Below, one piece after another: positions 20,879 through 30,413 of a stretch of DNA of 64,000 bases. The notes under the pieces were generated by a model that was not told where the DNA came from, did not search any database, and worked only from the letters and a program-made list of their open reading frames with translations. How positions within the stretch are numbered: position 1 is the stretch's first letter; each line of letters starts with the position of its first letter. Source of the stretch: a virus; IMG/VR virus record IMGVR_UViG_3300032268_001483, positions 1 to 64,000 of that record. One strand, given 5' to 3'. The translations under genes were made by a program, and so were the position numbers.

Positions 20879-21085
20879 ATGAATCTAAAAGATAAATTTC
20901 TATGGATCTTAGCTTTCATCTGGACAAATATCCTTCCACTTCTACTTGTTGTTGGATTTTGTATTGGAGTATTTTTCAATCTTGCTTATGTACAAAATCT
21001 ATCATTCACCTTATCATTGATTATTACAATCGTTGGTGGTGTCGGATTAATATTCGGATTTGGAAAATTATTACAAAAATGGTAA
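20879..21085 (+). CDS. Small membrane protein
   Basis: Two hydrophobic helices. Confidence 0.55.
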   Translation: MNLKDKFLWILAFIWTNILPLLLVVGFCIGVFFNLAYVQNLSFTLSLIITIVGGVGLIFGFGKLLQKW

Positions 21086-21471
21086 TCTTATTTATTCTTT
21101 CAGCAATTCTCATATCACTTGGTAAAGCTATTGCTGATATTGTTTCAGACGAATCAAATTGGCAAAAATCTATTTTTTCAACTTATAAAATAGAGAGTTT
21201 CTTCGGTTGCAAAGACAATACTTGGAAAAGAAAATACAGAGAAGATAAGTTATGGAATTATCTATTCTCAACGATATTGGTTTTCACAACTGATATATGG
21301 CACTTTGCAAATACAATATCTAAGATTGGATACTATTTAGGTTTATTAACAATATTGTTTTTGTCTCCTAATATACTTGCGAATATATTACTTATTTTTG
21401 TACATTTAGTTTTGAATACTTCTCTTTTTCATATTTTTTACCACCACATTTTGAGAAAACCGAATAACTAA
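21079..21471 (+). CDS. Membrane protein
   Basis: Likely start MVILFILSA at 21079, overlapping the previous stop; FTTDIWHFAN motif and TM helices. Confidence 0.55.
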   Translation: MVILFILSAILISLGKAIADIVSDESNWQKSIFSTYKIESFFGCKDNTWKRKYREDKLWNYLFSTILVFTTDIWHFANTISKIGYYLGLLTILFLSPNILANILLIFVHLVLNTSLFHIFYHHILRKPNN

Positions 21472-21576
21472 TTTACATCACCATTATTGTGAATCTAAGT
21501 CATCACGATTTTCGTCTACTTTTTATACTTTTGTGAATATATAATTTATATTCAAAAATTAAAAAATCACAAAATT

Positions 21577-22050
21577 ATGAAAACAAATTTATTTTTACTC
21601 GCAGCAACAATCTTTACTCTTCTTTTCACAAGTTGTAAAAAAACAGAAGAAATCACACCACTACAAAAAAACTTAACTACACTACAACAAACCTCGTGGC
21701 AAGTTATCTCAGTAACTTCACCAGAAAAAGAAGTCGAAATTACTTGGGAAACAAAATTTCCAAAATTCAATTTCGGTAGTGATTATGTAGAAATGAAACT
21801 CGGTAGAGATATTTGTACAAAATATTTCTCAAACAACTCAAGTCAAATACAAGTAAATAATTTAGGTACTTGCCAAATCACAAATCCAGATCATCAAATG
21901 TTATCAAATTTACTTGAAGGGGAATTCACAGTTAATACCACCGCTTCTGGGGATATAATTCTCAAAAATAATTTAGATACAGAGATTCTACTTAGACGTA
22001 TAAACCAAATAAATACGACCACAACACAAGGTACAAATATTATCTTGTAA
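21577..22050 (+). CDS. Lipoprotein, META/lipocalin-like
   Basis: LLFTSCKK lipobox; TACTTTTG box at 21526-21533. Confidence 0.6.
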   Translation: MKTNLFLLAATIFTLLFTSCKKTEEITPLQKNLTTLQQTSWQVISVTSPEKEVEITWETKFPKFNFGSDYVEMKLGRDICTKYFSNNSSQIQVNNLGTCQITNPDHQMLSNLLEGEFTVNTTASGDIILKNNLDTEILLRRINQINTTTTQGTNIIL

Positions 22051-22080
22051 AAAAAAATCCTCTTTTCAGAGGGTTTTTTT
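22050..22080 (+). terminator. Intrinsic terminator
   Basis: A-run, tcctct-tttc-agaggg, T-run. Confidence 0.65.
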
Positions 22081-22113
22081 CATAAAATTTTATATATAGA
22101 AATAAAAGTTAAA

Positions 22114-22515
22114 ATGAAACACATAAAAAAATTCGAATCATTTGAACCAGGACCCGCTCCAGAAATAGATATTAAGACATCTCAAATAACTGGGAAGATA
22201 AATTATGTTAAAGGTATCTATTCACAAAAATTAAGAGATATATTAAATGAGTTAAAATCTAAGGGAGATGAAGTTGCTTATTTTCTACTATGGGTAGAAG
22301 ACGAGTTACAAAATGATGGTTACGAATTGATCGACATTGACACTGACTCGGTTCGACCATACTATCTTGAGATAGAAATTGATGAAAAGAAGACTTGGAA
22401 GAAAATTGATGAGTGGACTAATCAAATATATAGTGAGAAAAGAGATGGTAGATTCGGTAGTATAGAAATGGATAAATTTATGAAAAATTATGTTTCTTTG
22501 ATTAAAGAACTTTAA
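22114..22515 (+). CDS. Hypothetical protein with N-terminal tag
   Basis: MKHIKKFESF; TTTTATATATAG at 22088-22099. Confidence 0.65.
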   Translation: MKHIKKFESFEPGPAPEIDIKTSQITGKINYVKGIYSQKLRDILNELKSKGDEVAYFLLWVEDELQNDGYELIDIDTDSVRPYYLEIEIDEKKTWKKIDEWTNQIYSEKRDGRFGSIEMDKFMKNYVSLIKEL

Positions 22516-22541
22516 TTAGATCCCATAGTATAATTTGTACT

Positions 22542-22745
22542 ATGAAAGAAAAAAAACCATTTCAATTTAAATTAGAAACAGATCCACTGATGCACTTTTT
22601 TTCAATTTGTTCATCAGTGGTTTTTTCATATTTTTATTTTCCCGGGAATTTAGCTTCTCCTGTTACATTAGTTGCACTACTCATCAGTAATTTTATTTCT
22701 GTAAACATCGTGAGTAATTTTATGAGATATATAAAAGGAGAATAA
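22542..22745 (+). CDS. Small membrane protein
   Basis: Two hydrophobic segments. Confidence 0.45.
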   Translation: MKEKKPFQFKLETDPLMHFFSICSSVVFSYFYFPGNLASPVTLVALLISNFISVNIVSNFMRYIKGE

Positions 22746-22752
22746 GAAAGAT

Positions 22753-22947
22753 TTATTTCAAAATAAACCCATCCACGACAATAATTCTATCGAATTTCAG
22801 AATAGAAATGTCTTTCAAATATTTACTTTCTAATCTATCATATTCTTCAACTGATAAATTACTAAACTCAAGTTCATCATTCAGCTTATCCAAATCCTTT
22901 CTACTTTCTTGAGCTTTTTTTACCATTTCTTGATACAGTTTTATCAA
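22753..22947 (-). CDS. Hypothetical protein
   Basis: 64 aa ORF in a same-strand run. Confidence 0.45.
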   Translation of the reverse strand: MIKLYQEMVKKAQESRKDLDKLNDELEFSNLSVEEYDRLESKYLKDISILKFDRIIVVDGFILK

Positions 22948-22986
22948 ATCTTCTGCTTTATCTGATAAGTAACATATATCTATTGT

Positions 22987-23253
22987 TTAAGCTATTACAA
23001 AATCATTAAAATAAAAACAAGCAGTTTCAACTAATTCATCATATCTTGAATCAACCCAAATATCAACAACTAACCCAAAGTTGTCATCACTTACTTTAAC
23101 ATCTACGATGTTTCCTGGTTCAGCAATATCATTAATAAAATCATTTACGCAATCAACAAAGAATAGTGATTCGGTTTTATCATTATCTAAGTTTGTGATG
23201 ATTGTATTATCAAAAAATAAATTACCTTTTTGTATAGTTAAGAAGTTGCTCAT
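22987..23253 (-). CDS. Hypothetical acidic protein
   Basis: 88 aa ORF; TATCTTTG box at 23276-23283 (minus strand). Confidence 0.55.
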   Translation of the reverse strand: MSNFLTIQKGNLFFDNTIITNLDNDKTESLFFVDCVNDFINDIAEPGNIVDVKVSDDNFGLVVDIWVDSRYDELVETACFYFNDFVIA

Positions 23254-23320
23254 AGTATTTGTATTTTTAGTGATACAAAGATAAGGCTAAAAATTGAAAA
23301 ATCAAATATTTTTTGAGTTT

Positions 23321-23839
23321 TTAATTAGAAATTTTCAAAAATTCTTCAATCAATTCATCTTGTCCATAAAAGGTAAACAAATTATTCTCCTTTAAGAAAT
23401 TTTTAATTTCTTCTTTAGCTTCAACTTTTGAAAAAAATTCACTCATATATAAATCTATTAGTTTGTCTAAACAAGCAGTTACACACTCTGGATGTGTATG
23501 AAAGTATTCACTATAAAATATAGTTGCCTTTGATTCAATAATGAATTGCCAATTACTATCATCCTCTTTTTTGACATCATTATGGTAACCATTATCAATG
23601 AAGAATTTAAAAGCTTGTTGTAAAAGTGGAGCACTAACAACGACATCTAAATCTGGTTCCCACATATCAATATATTGAGACTTTGTCCACTTTGAAATTG
23701 ATTCATCGGATTTGACTCTTACCACATTTTGTTGATTGTTTGAATTGTAATAACCCAAGCACGGTTTATCAAATCCGATTTTTTCGAGATTGTAAGATTG
23801 ATTGTAGTTACAGAATTCTGAGTCAAAATTATAGTACAT
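23321..23839 (-). CDS. Hypothetical protein
   Basis: 172 aa; L.KIGFDKPC.GYY..APLLQQAF.FF pattern. Confidence 0.55.
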   Translation of the reverse strand: MYYNFDSEFCNYNQSYNLEKIGFDKPCLGYYNSNNQQNVVRVKSDESISKWTKSQYIDMWEPDLDVVVSAPLLQQAFKFFIDNGYHNDVKKEDDSNWQFIIESKATIFYSEYFHTHPECVTACLDKLIDLYMSEFFSKVEAKEEIKNFLKENNLFTFYGQDELIEEFLKISN

Positions 23840-23868
23840 TCTAAGTAAATTTATTTGTATATCTATTA

Positions 23869-24099
23869 TTAAAGATTATGTTTAGATAAGAGATAATCGG
23901 TAGCCCTGATTTCTCTATCAAACCATTCACCCGGAAATTTTTCTTCAGATTTTAATATATCTAACCTATTCCTCCAATCCAATAGTTCATCAATCGTAGG
24001 TAATATTGAAGTATGGATATAAGTAATGTATAAAATACTAGAATCAATATCTAATTCTCTAGCAATTTTATCTTCTTCAGCACTTTTCAATCTAAGCAT
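23869..24099 (-). CDS. Hypothetical protein
   Basis: 76 aa ORF. Confidence 0.45.
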   Translation of the reverse strand: MLRLKSAEEDKIARELDIDSSILYITYIHTSILPTIDELLDWRNRLDILKSEEKFPGEWFDREIRATDYLLSKHNL

Positions 24100-24298
24100 A
24101 AAAAAATCTCCTATACTATATATAGAAAATTTTCTATTATTCTGTGTCTAAAAACCCTAAAAAATAAAAAATTAATAACATTGCTAAGAGCACAAATAAA
24201 AGACTTGTTGTCATAATCGATTTGTAATTTTTTTAATTATTTCTATTTCCACATTCCCAATTTTTTTACTATTACAATTTTCATGTTCCTATTATTCT

Positions 24299-24409
24299 TT
24301 AGACAAATGGAAGAATAATTAAACAAATTAAAATGATTAAAAGAGAGAATCCAATAATTCTCGCTGAATCAACATATTGTTTTTCTTCCCTACTCAATCT
24401 CTTTTTCAT
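24299..24409 (-). CDS. 36 aa single-pass membrane peptide (not in ORF track)
   Basis: Hand translation MKKRLSREEKQYVDSARIIGFSLLIILICLIILPFV*. Confidence 0.45.
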   Translation of the reverse strand: MKKRLSREEKQYVDSARIIGFSLLIILICLIILPFV

Positions 24410-24432
24410 TATTTTTTTGATTTGGTTAAAGT

Positions 24433-24715
24433 AAAAAAAACCTCACCTGAGATTCCGGTGAGTAGATTTTAGCTGGTTTGTTTGCTTTCAAAAAACCAAT
24501 TAGTGTCTTACCACATTTAAAACAGTCAAGCTACTGGGAGACTCTGCTACCTGCCTTATTTCCCAAGACCCCGTTTATAAGACCTGTTCGGGGTTCCAGC
24601 CACACCTTTTTTTAGTAACGGTGCCAAATCTTTAGGTATCTCTTACCTATCAAAAAAAGATTCACACCTATCCTTGCTTTATTTCTAACCTGGGGAGTTT
24701 CAGTGTGAATTCTAC
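24433..24715 (-). ncRNA. Candidate ~280 nt structured non-coding RNA with its own terminator (unassigned)
   Basis: No ORF of 60 aa or more; hand count 111/270 GC (41%); at least six stems and CUCACC/GGUGAG + U8 terminator. Confidence 0.6.
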
Positions 24716-24724
24716 AATTATATT

Positions 24725-24973
24725 TCAATCTAAAATTTTGTTTATTGAATTCTCTCTATTTTCTATGATTTGTTCCAATTCCCATTCTTCTTTATGAAAA
24801 ATCTTATTTGCTAAGTCGACAATACGCTCCAAAGCATCATCTGGGTGAATCATACCACCCCAATATTTATCAATATCATCTCTATCTATAGAAGTCAGAA
24901 TGCCGATAGCCGCGATTAATATTTTTCCTTCATCAGAATTATTAATATCACATATTTTTTTAAAATTAATCAT
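24725..24973 (-). CDS. Small protein with C-terminal tag variant
   Basis: Ends NRENSINKILD. Confidence 0.55.
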   Translation of the reverse strand: MINFKKICDINNSDEGKILIAAIGILTSIDRDDIDKYWGGMIHPDDALERIVDLANKIFHKEEWELEQIIENRENSINKILD

Positions 24974-25230
24974 TAGAAAAGAAAAAATTTAGATGAATTA
25001 AAAGTGTATTTTGATTTTCTTTTTTGGTGAAATTGATAACATTTATTTTTCTTCTCTGATTCAAAAACTTTGGTAAAGGTTTCAATGTGCGCATTTGACA
25101 TTGATTCCTTATTTTGTTTCATAAAGTTGTTGAAAAGATTATGGCAGGTATCAAGTTGCACAGTAGTCTGACAAGAATCGAGCACTTTAAGAACCCAGCA
25201 ATATTGATTTAGTATTTTTCTTTCTAACAT
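24973..25230 (-). CDS. Hypothetical protein
   Basis: 85 aa; TATATTTG box at 25249-25256 (minus strand). Confidence 0.55.
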   Translation of the reverse strand: MLERKILNQYCWVLKVLDSCQTTVQLDTCHNLFNNFMKQNKESMSNAHIETFTKVFESEKKNKCYQFHQKRKSKYTFNSSKFFLF

Positions 25231-25312
25231 AGTTTTTATATTTAGCTACAAATATAATACAAAGCTTTGAAACCACAAAATTTTTTAAATAAAAAAAACA
25301 CAAATTGTGGTT

Positions 25313-26665
25313 TTATTTAAGTATGGTTATAATTTCTGTATACCATTCACAAACTTCTTCTATCTTTTCTGGATATCTAAATTGCGAAAGCACATATCTT
25401 ATCGCATTTAATCTACCAATCTTTTTATCATTCGAGTTAACAATTATCCAAGGAGCCTTCCTTGTCGATGTCTTATTAAACATTTGAATTTTATATTGAG
25501 TAATAAGGTCATATTTAGTAAGGACCTTAGCATCATTTGGCGAAAATTTCCAAAACTTAAGTGGACTAGTTTGTCTTAACTTAAATCTTTCTTTTTGCTT
25601 TTCTTCTGTTATAGAAAACCACAATTTTATCAAATGTATACCAGAATCAATTAAGGAAGCTTCCCAATCATTTACACCTTCCATAAAAGTCATATATTCT
25701 TCTTCAGTACAATAACCATTTACTGGCTCAACTACTGCTCTGTTGTACCAACTTCTATCAAAGAAAACAATTTCTCCTTCTTTTGGCATGTATTGTTCAT
25801 ATCTTCCGAACCAATTTGCTCTTTCTTCTGGTGTTGGAATCGGTAAACCAGCTACAATTCTCGATACTCCAGGTATCCCAAAAGTAGTAAATCTTTTAAT
25901 AGCTGAACCTTTACCGGCAGCATCTCTACCTTCGAAGACAATAGCTAATTTTTGTTTTTTAGCACCTGGAACAATTTCAAATTGATAGATTTGAGTAGTG
26001 TCTAAACCTTCAACTTCCTTTAAAAATCTACGACGAGTACCTTCACCTGGACTCGTATTTTTACCCAATGCTCTTTGTTCTTGTTGCCAATCCTTTATTT
26101 TTTGTCTATATGCCTCATTAGCTTGAGAAGTTTTAACCCTTCTCCCTCCCTTAACCCAACATTGTAGTTTGATTAGTTCATCTTGTAAGGCTTCTTCTTC
26201 AGGATTATAAACGGAAGCTTTTATTAGGGAAGCTTCTCCTTCTTCAATATCAAAGTGTTCCCATTCTTGTCCACGCACACCACCTTGACTAATTTTGTCT
26301 ACACGTTCATCTAAATTGTCTAAATAATCAGAAAACTCTCTCTTAATAAGTTTAGCTGTATCTTTTCTTTGAAAGTCCAAGATGTGACTAATCTTAACGA
26401 GGAAAGTTTTCAAATTTAAATCAATTACTACATCCCTACCGAATTCTGATTCTAATTCAGATAATACATCAATAAAAGTAAAAATTGATTCGTCTTTATA
26501 CTTGACACTATCTGATTTCTGTATAATGTTATCAAGAATTTGATTCTTGTAACTTAGAAATTTTGAGCGCAAATTGACTTTTAAGTCCTCTATGTTTTGA
26601 GGTTGCATTTCCTCAATTCTGAGCTCTTCGTTGATAAATCTGATATAATCTAATAATCTTTTCAT
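25313..26665 (-). CDS. ppk2: Polyphosphate kinase 2 with tagged N-terminal extension and internal insertion
   Basis: LQDELIKLQ, IVFEGRDAAGKGSAIKR, FDRSWYNRAVVEPV, KLWFSI, PLKFWKFSPND; N-terminus MKRLLDYIRFINE. Confidence 0.92.
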   Translation of the reverse strand: MKRLLDYIRFINEELRIEEMQPQNIEDLKVNLRSKFLSYKNQILDNIIQKSDSVKYKDESIFTFIDVLSELESEFGRDVVIDLNLKTFLVKISHILDFQRKDTAKLIKREFSDYLDNLDERVDKISQGGVRGQEWEHFDIEEGEASLIKASVYNPEEEALQDELIKLQCWVKGGRRVKTSQANEAYRQKIKDWQQEQRALGKNTSPGEGTRRRFLKEVEGLDTTQIYQFEIVPGAKKQKLAIVFEGRDAAGKGSAIKRFTTFGIPGVSRIVAGLPIPTPEERANWFGRYEQYMPKEGEIVFFDRSWYNRAVVEPVNGYCTEEEYMTFMEGVNDWEASLIDSGIHLIKLWFSITEEKQKERFKLRQTSPLKFWKFSPNDAKVLTKYDLITQYKIQMFNKTSTRKAPWIIVNSNDKKIGRLNAIRYVLSQFRYPEKIEEVCEWYTEIITILK

Positions 26666-26691
26666 ATATCTATATATAAAAAAGCTATCTT

Positions 26692-27201
26692 TTAAAAATC
26701 ATCATCTTCATCTTCATCATAATCTTCTATATCAATTATTCTAATATCATAAGAACTTAAGGCAACAACTACATCTGATTCAAATGTATCTAAAATAAAA
26801 TCAAAGTCATCAGTTGATAATTTCATTTTCTGATCTGAAAATACCTTTAATAAATCAACTTGATTTGAAAAAAGTTTAGGGGGTTGCATGTCCTCAAGTG
26901 TACCTTCTATTTCTAATTTCGTGAAATTCTTATAGAAAATATTATCTTTGACAATTATGTCTTGCTCATCCCAATCTACTATGACTTGCAAAATAAATGT
27001 TTTGAGTCCTAAATTGATAGCTTGTCGATAGTCACTATATTGTTCAGAAAAAGGAATTTCACCCTCAACCTCATCAAGTTCACCACCTTCTTCAAGAATT
27101 TCGGCATCTTCCATTTCGAAATCATCGATTATTTGTAGAGCTAATTCTTTTAGTTTATTCCAATCAGTTGAATATTTCTTATAAAAATTTAATTCAATCA
27201 T
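26692..27201 (-). CDS. Highly acidic hypothetical protein
   Basis: 169 aa, D/E-rich, ends EDYDEDEDDDF. Confidence 0.55.
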   Translation of the reverse strand: MIELNFYKKYSTDWNKLKELALQIIDDFEMEDAEILEEGGELDEVEGEIPFSEQYSDYRQAINLGLKTFILQVIVDWDEQDIIVKDNIFYKNFTKLEIEGTLEDMQPPKLFSNQVDLLKVFSDQKMKLSTDDFDFILDTFESDVVVALSSYDIRIIDIEDYDEDEDDDF

Positions 27202-27248
27202 TTTATTAATTTTGTTTTTAGTTATAGTTTTTAGATTCGATTAAGTTT

Positions 27249-27479
27249 CTAATTTTTGAAATCTGTTACGAATTGAAACGCTTCTTCTAATTCGGTAAAA
27301 CCTAATTCAGTAAAATCTTTTGATTCTCCGGTTTTAGAATTAGTTGCTTCTATTCGCCATTTAAAACTCTTTCTAAAAATTGAAAATTGAAATCCCAATT
27401 TTTTTGATTTCCAAACATTATCTTTAAAATTTTTTGGATTTCTCGTAAATGTAGTACCATTCCAAACTTTTTTATCCAT
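27249..27479 (-). CDS. Hypothetical basic protein
   Basis: 76 aa ORF. Confidence 0.5.
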   Translation of the reverse strand: MDKKVWNGTTFTRNPKNFKDNVWKSKKLGFQFSIFRKSFKWRIEATNSKTGESKDFTELGFTELEEAFQFVTDFKN

Positions 27480-27601
27480 GATTTTTTATTTCATATAATA
27501 TATATTTATAATAAAGTTGAAAAATTTATACTTTTTTAGTTTATATACAAAATAAAATTATTCGGAGGTTGATGTAGCCGACTTGTTTTAATATATAAAG
27601 T

Positions 27602-28660
27602 ATGAAAAAGCAACAAATTATATCAAAAGAAGAAAAAGATCGTAAATTAAATTTTTTAATTAACTTGGGTTATACATGCGAAGAATCTCAATCAATGCAT
27701 AGAAAAATATCATCTTGCAACTCATACTTATACTGGATGTATAAATATGAATTATCAGAGGAAGAAGCAAAAATAAAAGTATCAAATTTTCAAAAATTGA
27801 AATCCCCAAGATGTTTGGAATATTGGACACATAGAGGATTCGAAATAGAAGAAGCTAAATTGAAAGTTTCTAAGCATCAAGATAAGGTTTCCTTCAAAGA
27901 GGGACAAGATATAGAAGAATATTCAAAAAAATGTGAAAATAGAAGAATAAACAAAGAAAAATACATCAAGCTTTATGGAGAGGAAATTGGCTTAAAAAAG
28001 TGGTTAGATAAAAAAGAAAAGTCCAAAGTGACTTTAGAAAACATGATAAGAGTTTATGGTATCGAAATAGGTGAGATAAAATGGAATAATTATATAGAAA
28101 ATCAAAAAATTAGTCAAAGTGAAAATAAATTAATAGAAAAACATGGAACAGAAAAAGCAAATCAAATTATAAGCCATAGAAAAAATTTAAATAAGTTTTG
28201 TGTTGATAAATATAAAATGACAGGAGATAATAAATATCTCAACAACAGTTATTCTAAATCTTCTCAAAAACTATTTTGGTCCATTTATGAAAAATTACCT
28301 CAAAAATTGAAAGATAAATGTTACTTCAAAGAACTCAACAATGAATTTGTATTAATTTTAAATTCTGGTTTATGTTATTTGTTTGATTTTGTAATATCGA
28401 ATATTGATTTTTGTATAGAGTTTAACGGTGATATTTGGCATGCTAATCCCAAAAAATATAGCTCGGAAGATTTGATATTTGAAAGAAAAGCATCAGAAAT
28501 ATGGAAAAAAGACAAAGAAAAAATTGAAGCCTTGAAAGAAATGAGAGGAATAGATACTATAGTTGTGTGGGAATCTGATTGGATAAAGAATAAACTAGAG
28601 GTTGAAAAAAATTTAATAGACTACATAAATAATAGGTTTGAAAATCTAAGCACTGAATGA
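27602..28660 (+). mobile_element. Free-standing Vsr/PD-(D/E)XK-type homing endonuclease
   Basis: N-terminal EEAKxKVSxxQ and YGxExGxxKW repeats; C-terminal DFVI..IEFNGDIWHANP..VVWESDW. Confidence 0.75.
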
Positions 28661-28972
28661 TATGCCGCAAGAACAACTTCTTGTGGCATTCGGATTCTCC
28701 CACTGAAAACCTTTACCATTCAATCCGTCGGAAAATGTTAACTCAGTACCGAATAAATATAATATGCTTATTTTATTACATAAAATTCTCACACCTTTAT
28801 CCTCAAACTCCTCATCATCTGAGTTTTTTATGTTTGTAAACTCCATCAAATATTGAATTCCAGCACATCCACCTCCCTTGACACCAACTCTCAAAAAGTA
28901 AGAATTGTCTAATTTTTCATGTTCCATTAAAGACAAAATTTTTTCCTTTGCCTTTTCTGAAATTGTTATCAT
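28646..28972 (-). CDS. iscA: Fe-S cluster assembly A-type carrier (HesB/IscA family)
   Basis: LRVGVKGGGCAG and NPNATRSCSCGISF. Confidence 0.92.
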   Translation of the reverse strand: MITISEKAKEKILSLMEHEKLDNSYFLRVGVKGGGCAGIQYLMEFTNIKNSDDEEFEDKGVRILCNKISILYLFGTELTFSDGLNGKGFQWENPNATRSCSCGISFSA

Positions 28973-28989
28973 ATCAAAAAGTTTAGTTT

Positions 28990-29724
28990 TTATTTAAAAA
29001 AGTCTGCAAATTTAATAATACTTTCTTTTACTATTCTGATAAAATCAAATTCATCATCAAAATCTTTACCGTCTTTTTTATATCCAGCTAAAGACTCATC
29101 TTCTGCTTCTTTAGTCCACTGATAAGACCAAAATAGTTCATTAGGTGTTTTGAATCCATAGAAGTCCATTACTTTCTTTTCTAATTTTATAGCTTCTTCA
29201 CCATTCCAATTATGTCCCACTGATATAACACCAATATCAATATTTTCTACGATATTTTTTTCACCTAAAGCATTATGTCTATTTTCTATCCAAGTGAGTC
29301 TTTCCATTAATTTGGCATAAACCGCATTTAACTTACCCCATCTAATTGAACCAAATATAACAACAGCATCAGAGAGTAACAATTCATTAGTAACCTTCCA
29401 CAGTTCATCATCAGGATGGTTATAAGAAGCCCAACATCTCAATTCTCCTGTTTTATCATTCCCGTTTTTTAGTAAGGCACCTTTTACACCACAGTTATTA
29501 CCGTTTCTACCTGAGACATTACCTTCACATTCATAAATTTTGAGCTTAGATACATCTATAATAGTGACAGAGGTGTTACCGAGTTCTTCTTGCATTTTAT
29601 AAGCAAGTAGTGAAGATTTAGGAATTTCATTTTGACCTTCCCAACGATTAGAGGTTGTCAAAAAAAGAATTTTATTTTTCTTTTTTAGATACTCTATTGT
29701 TTTATCAAATTTCTTTTTAGACAT
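28990..29724 (-). CDS. Flavodoxin-fold NAD(P)H-dependent FMN reductase-like protein
   Basis: ILFLTTSNR, IYECEGNVS..C..RCWAS, DAVVIFGSIRWG..KLMERL; TAATATATA at 29731-29739. Confidence 0.75.
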   Translation of the reverse strand: MSKKKFDKTIEYLKKKNKILFLTTSNRWEGQNEIPKSSLLAYKMQEELGNTSVTIIDVSKLKIYECEGNVSGRNGNNCGVKGALLKNGNDKTGELRCWASYNHPDDELWKVTNELLLSDAVVIFGSIRWGKLNAVYAKLMERLTWIENRHNALGEKNIVENIDIGVISVGHNWNGEEAIKLEKKVMDFYGFKTPNELFWSYQWTKEAEDESLAGYKKDGKDFDDEFDFIRIVKESIIKFADFFK

Positions 29725-29883
29725 ATAAATTATATATTAAAAAATTTTTTTGTCTATTTCTAAACTTATTAATTAAAACTATATATACAAGCAGAAAATT
29801 AAAATTCTGAAACTGACAATTTGTCACAAAAAATTTCTGGCACAGAATTAGATTATTTAACAATAAAAAAAATTATTAAAACT

Positions 29884-30309
29884 ATGAGTATGAAAAACTT
29901 TTTTGACGAATTTGAATCATTCTTTAATGAATTCGACCACTATTTCAAATTTAAACCACTTAAAGTCGTTGGTGAAACTAAAACTGAAAAAGGGAGTGAC
30001 GAAAACGGTGAGTGGATAAAACAAACTTTCACATCCAAAGATGGTAATTATCAAGTTTCTACTTTCTATAGAACTTCTTCTAAAAAAACAACTTCATCGG
30101 AAACTAAAGATTTACAGAAAGAACTAGAGGATTGTATAGAAAAACAAGAGTTTGAAAAGGCTGCTCAACTTAGAGATAAAATCAAAGCTCTCAAAGAAAA
30201 TCAGAAACATATTGATTCTTTGAAAAAACAAATGGAAGAAGCAGTTAAGAATCAAGAGTTTGAAAAGGCTGCAGAACTTAGAGATAAAATCAAAAGTTGT
30301 CAGAACTAA
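29884..30309 (+). CDS. Protein with two UvrB/UvrC (UVR) coiled-coil motifs
   Basis: Two copies of L..AV.xQEFEKAAxLRDKIK spaced 36 aa; likely ATG at 29884. Confidence 0.8.
   Translation: MSMKNFFDEFESFFNEFDHYFKFKPLKVVGETKTEKGSDENGEWIKQTFTSKDGNYQVSTFYRTSSKKTTSSETKDLQKELEDCIEKQEFEKAAQLRDKIKALKENQKHIDSLKKQMEEAVKNQEFEKAAELRDKIKSCQN
30145..30294 (+). repeat. Direct repeat of the UVR coding segment
   Basis: 42 nt copies at 30145-30186 and 30253-30294 differ at only 2 nt; period 108 nt. Confidence 0.85.
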
Positions 30310-30344
30310 AAAAAAAATATCACCTTTTGGTGATATTTTTTTTT
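30308..30344 (+). terminator. Intrinsic terminator
   Basis: A-run, tatcacc-tttt-ggtgata, T-run. Confidence 0.75.
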
Positions 30345-30413
30345 AAAGATTTTGAATTATTAAAAAATAGCCATATATTTGTATTATTAAATAATATATA
30401 AATAAAAAAAACT

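Noticed and set aside
24137-24409. Type I toxin-antitoxin pairing of two small hydrophobic peptides (36 aa at 24409-24299; 25 aa from 24214) with the adjacent ncRNA
   Set aside because: The RNA is on the same strand and upstream, with no visible complementarity to these ORFs.
24433-24715. RNase P RNA, SRP RNA, cobalamin riboswitch or group I intron identity for the ncRNA candidate
   Set aside because: GAAACUCC resembles the RNase P GAAAGUCC box, but there is no complementary 3' P4 strand; SRP, B12-box and P7 motifs are absent or out of order.
26692-27201. Highly acidic protein as a DNA mimic (anti-restriction)
   Set aside because: Acidity alone is not diagnostic, and many ORFs here are acidic; would need a structure prediction.
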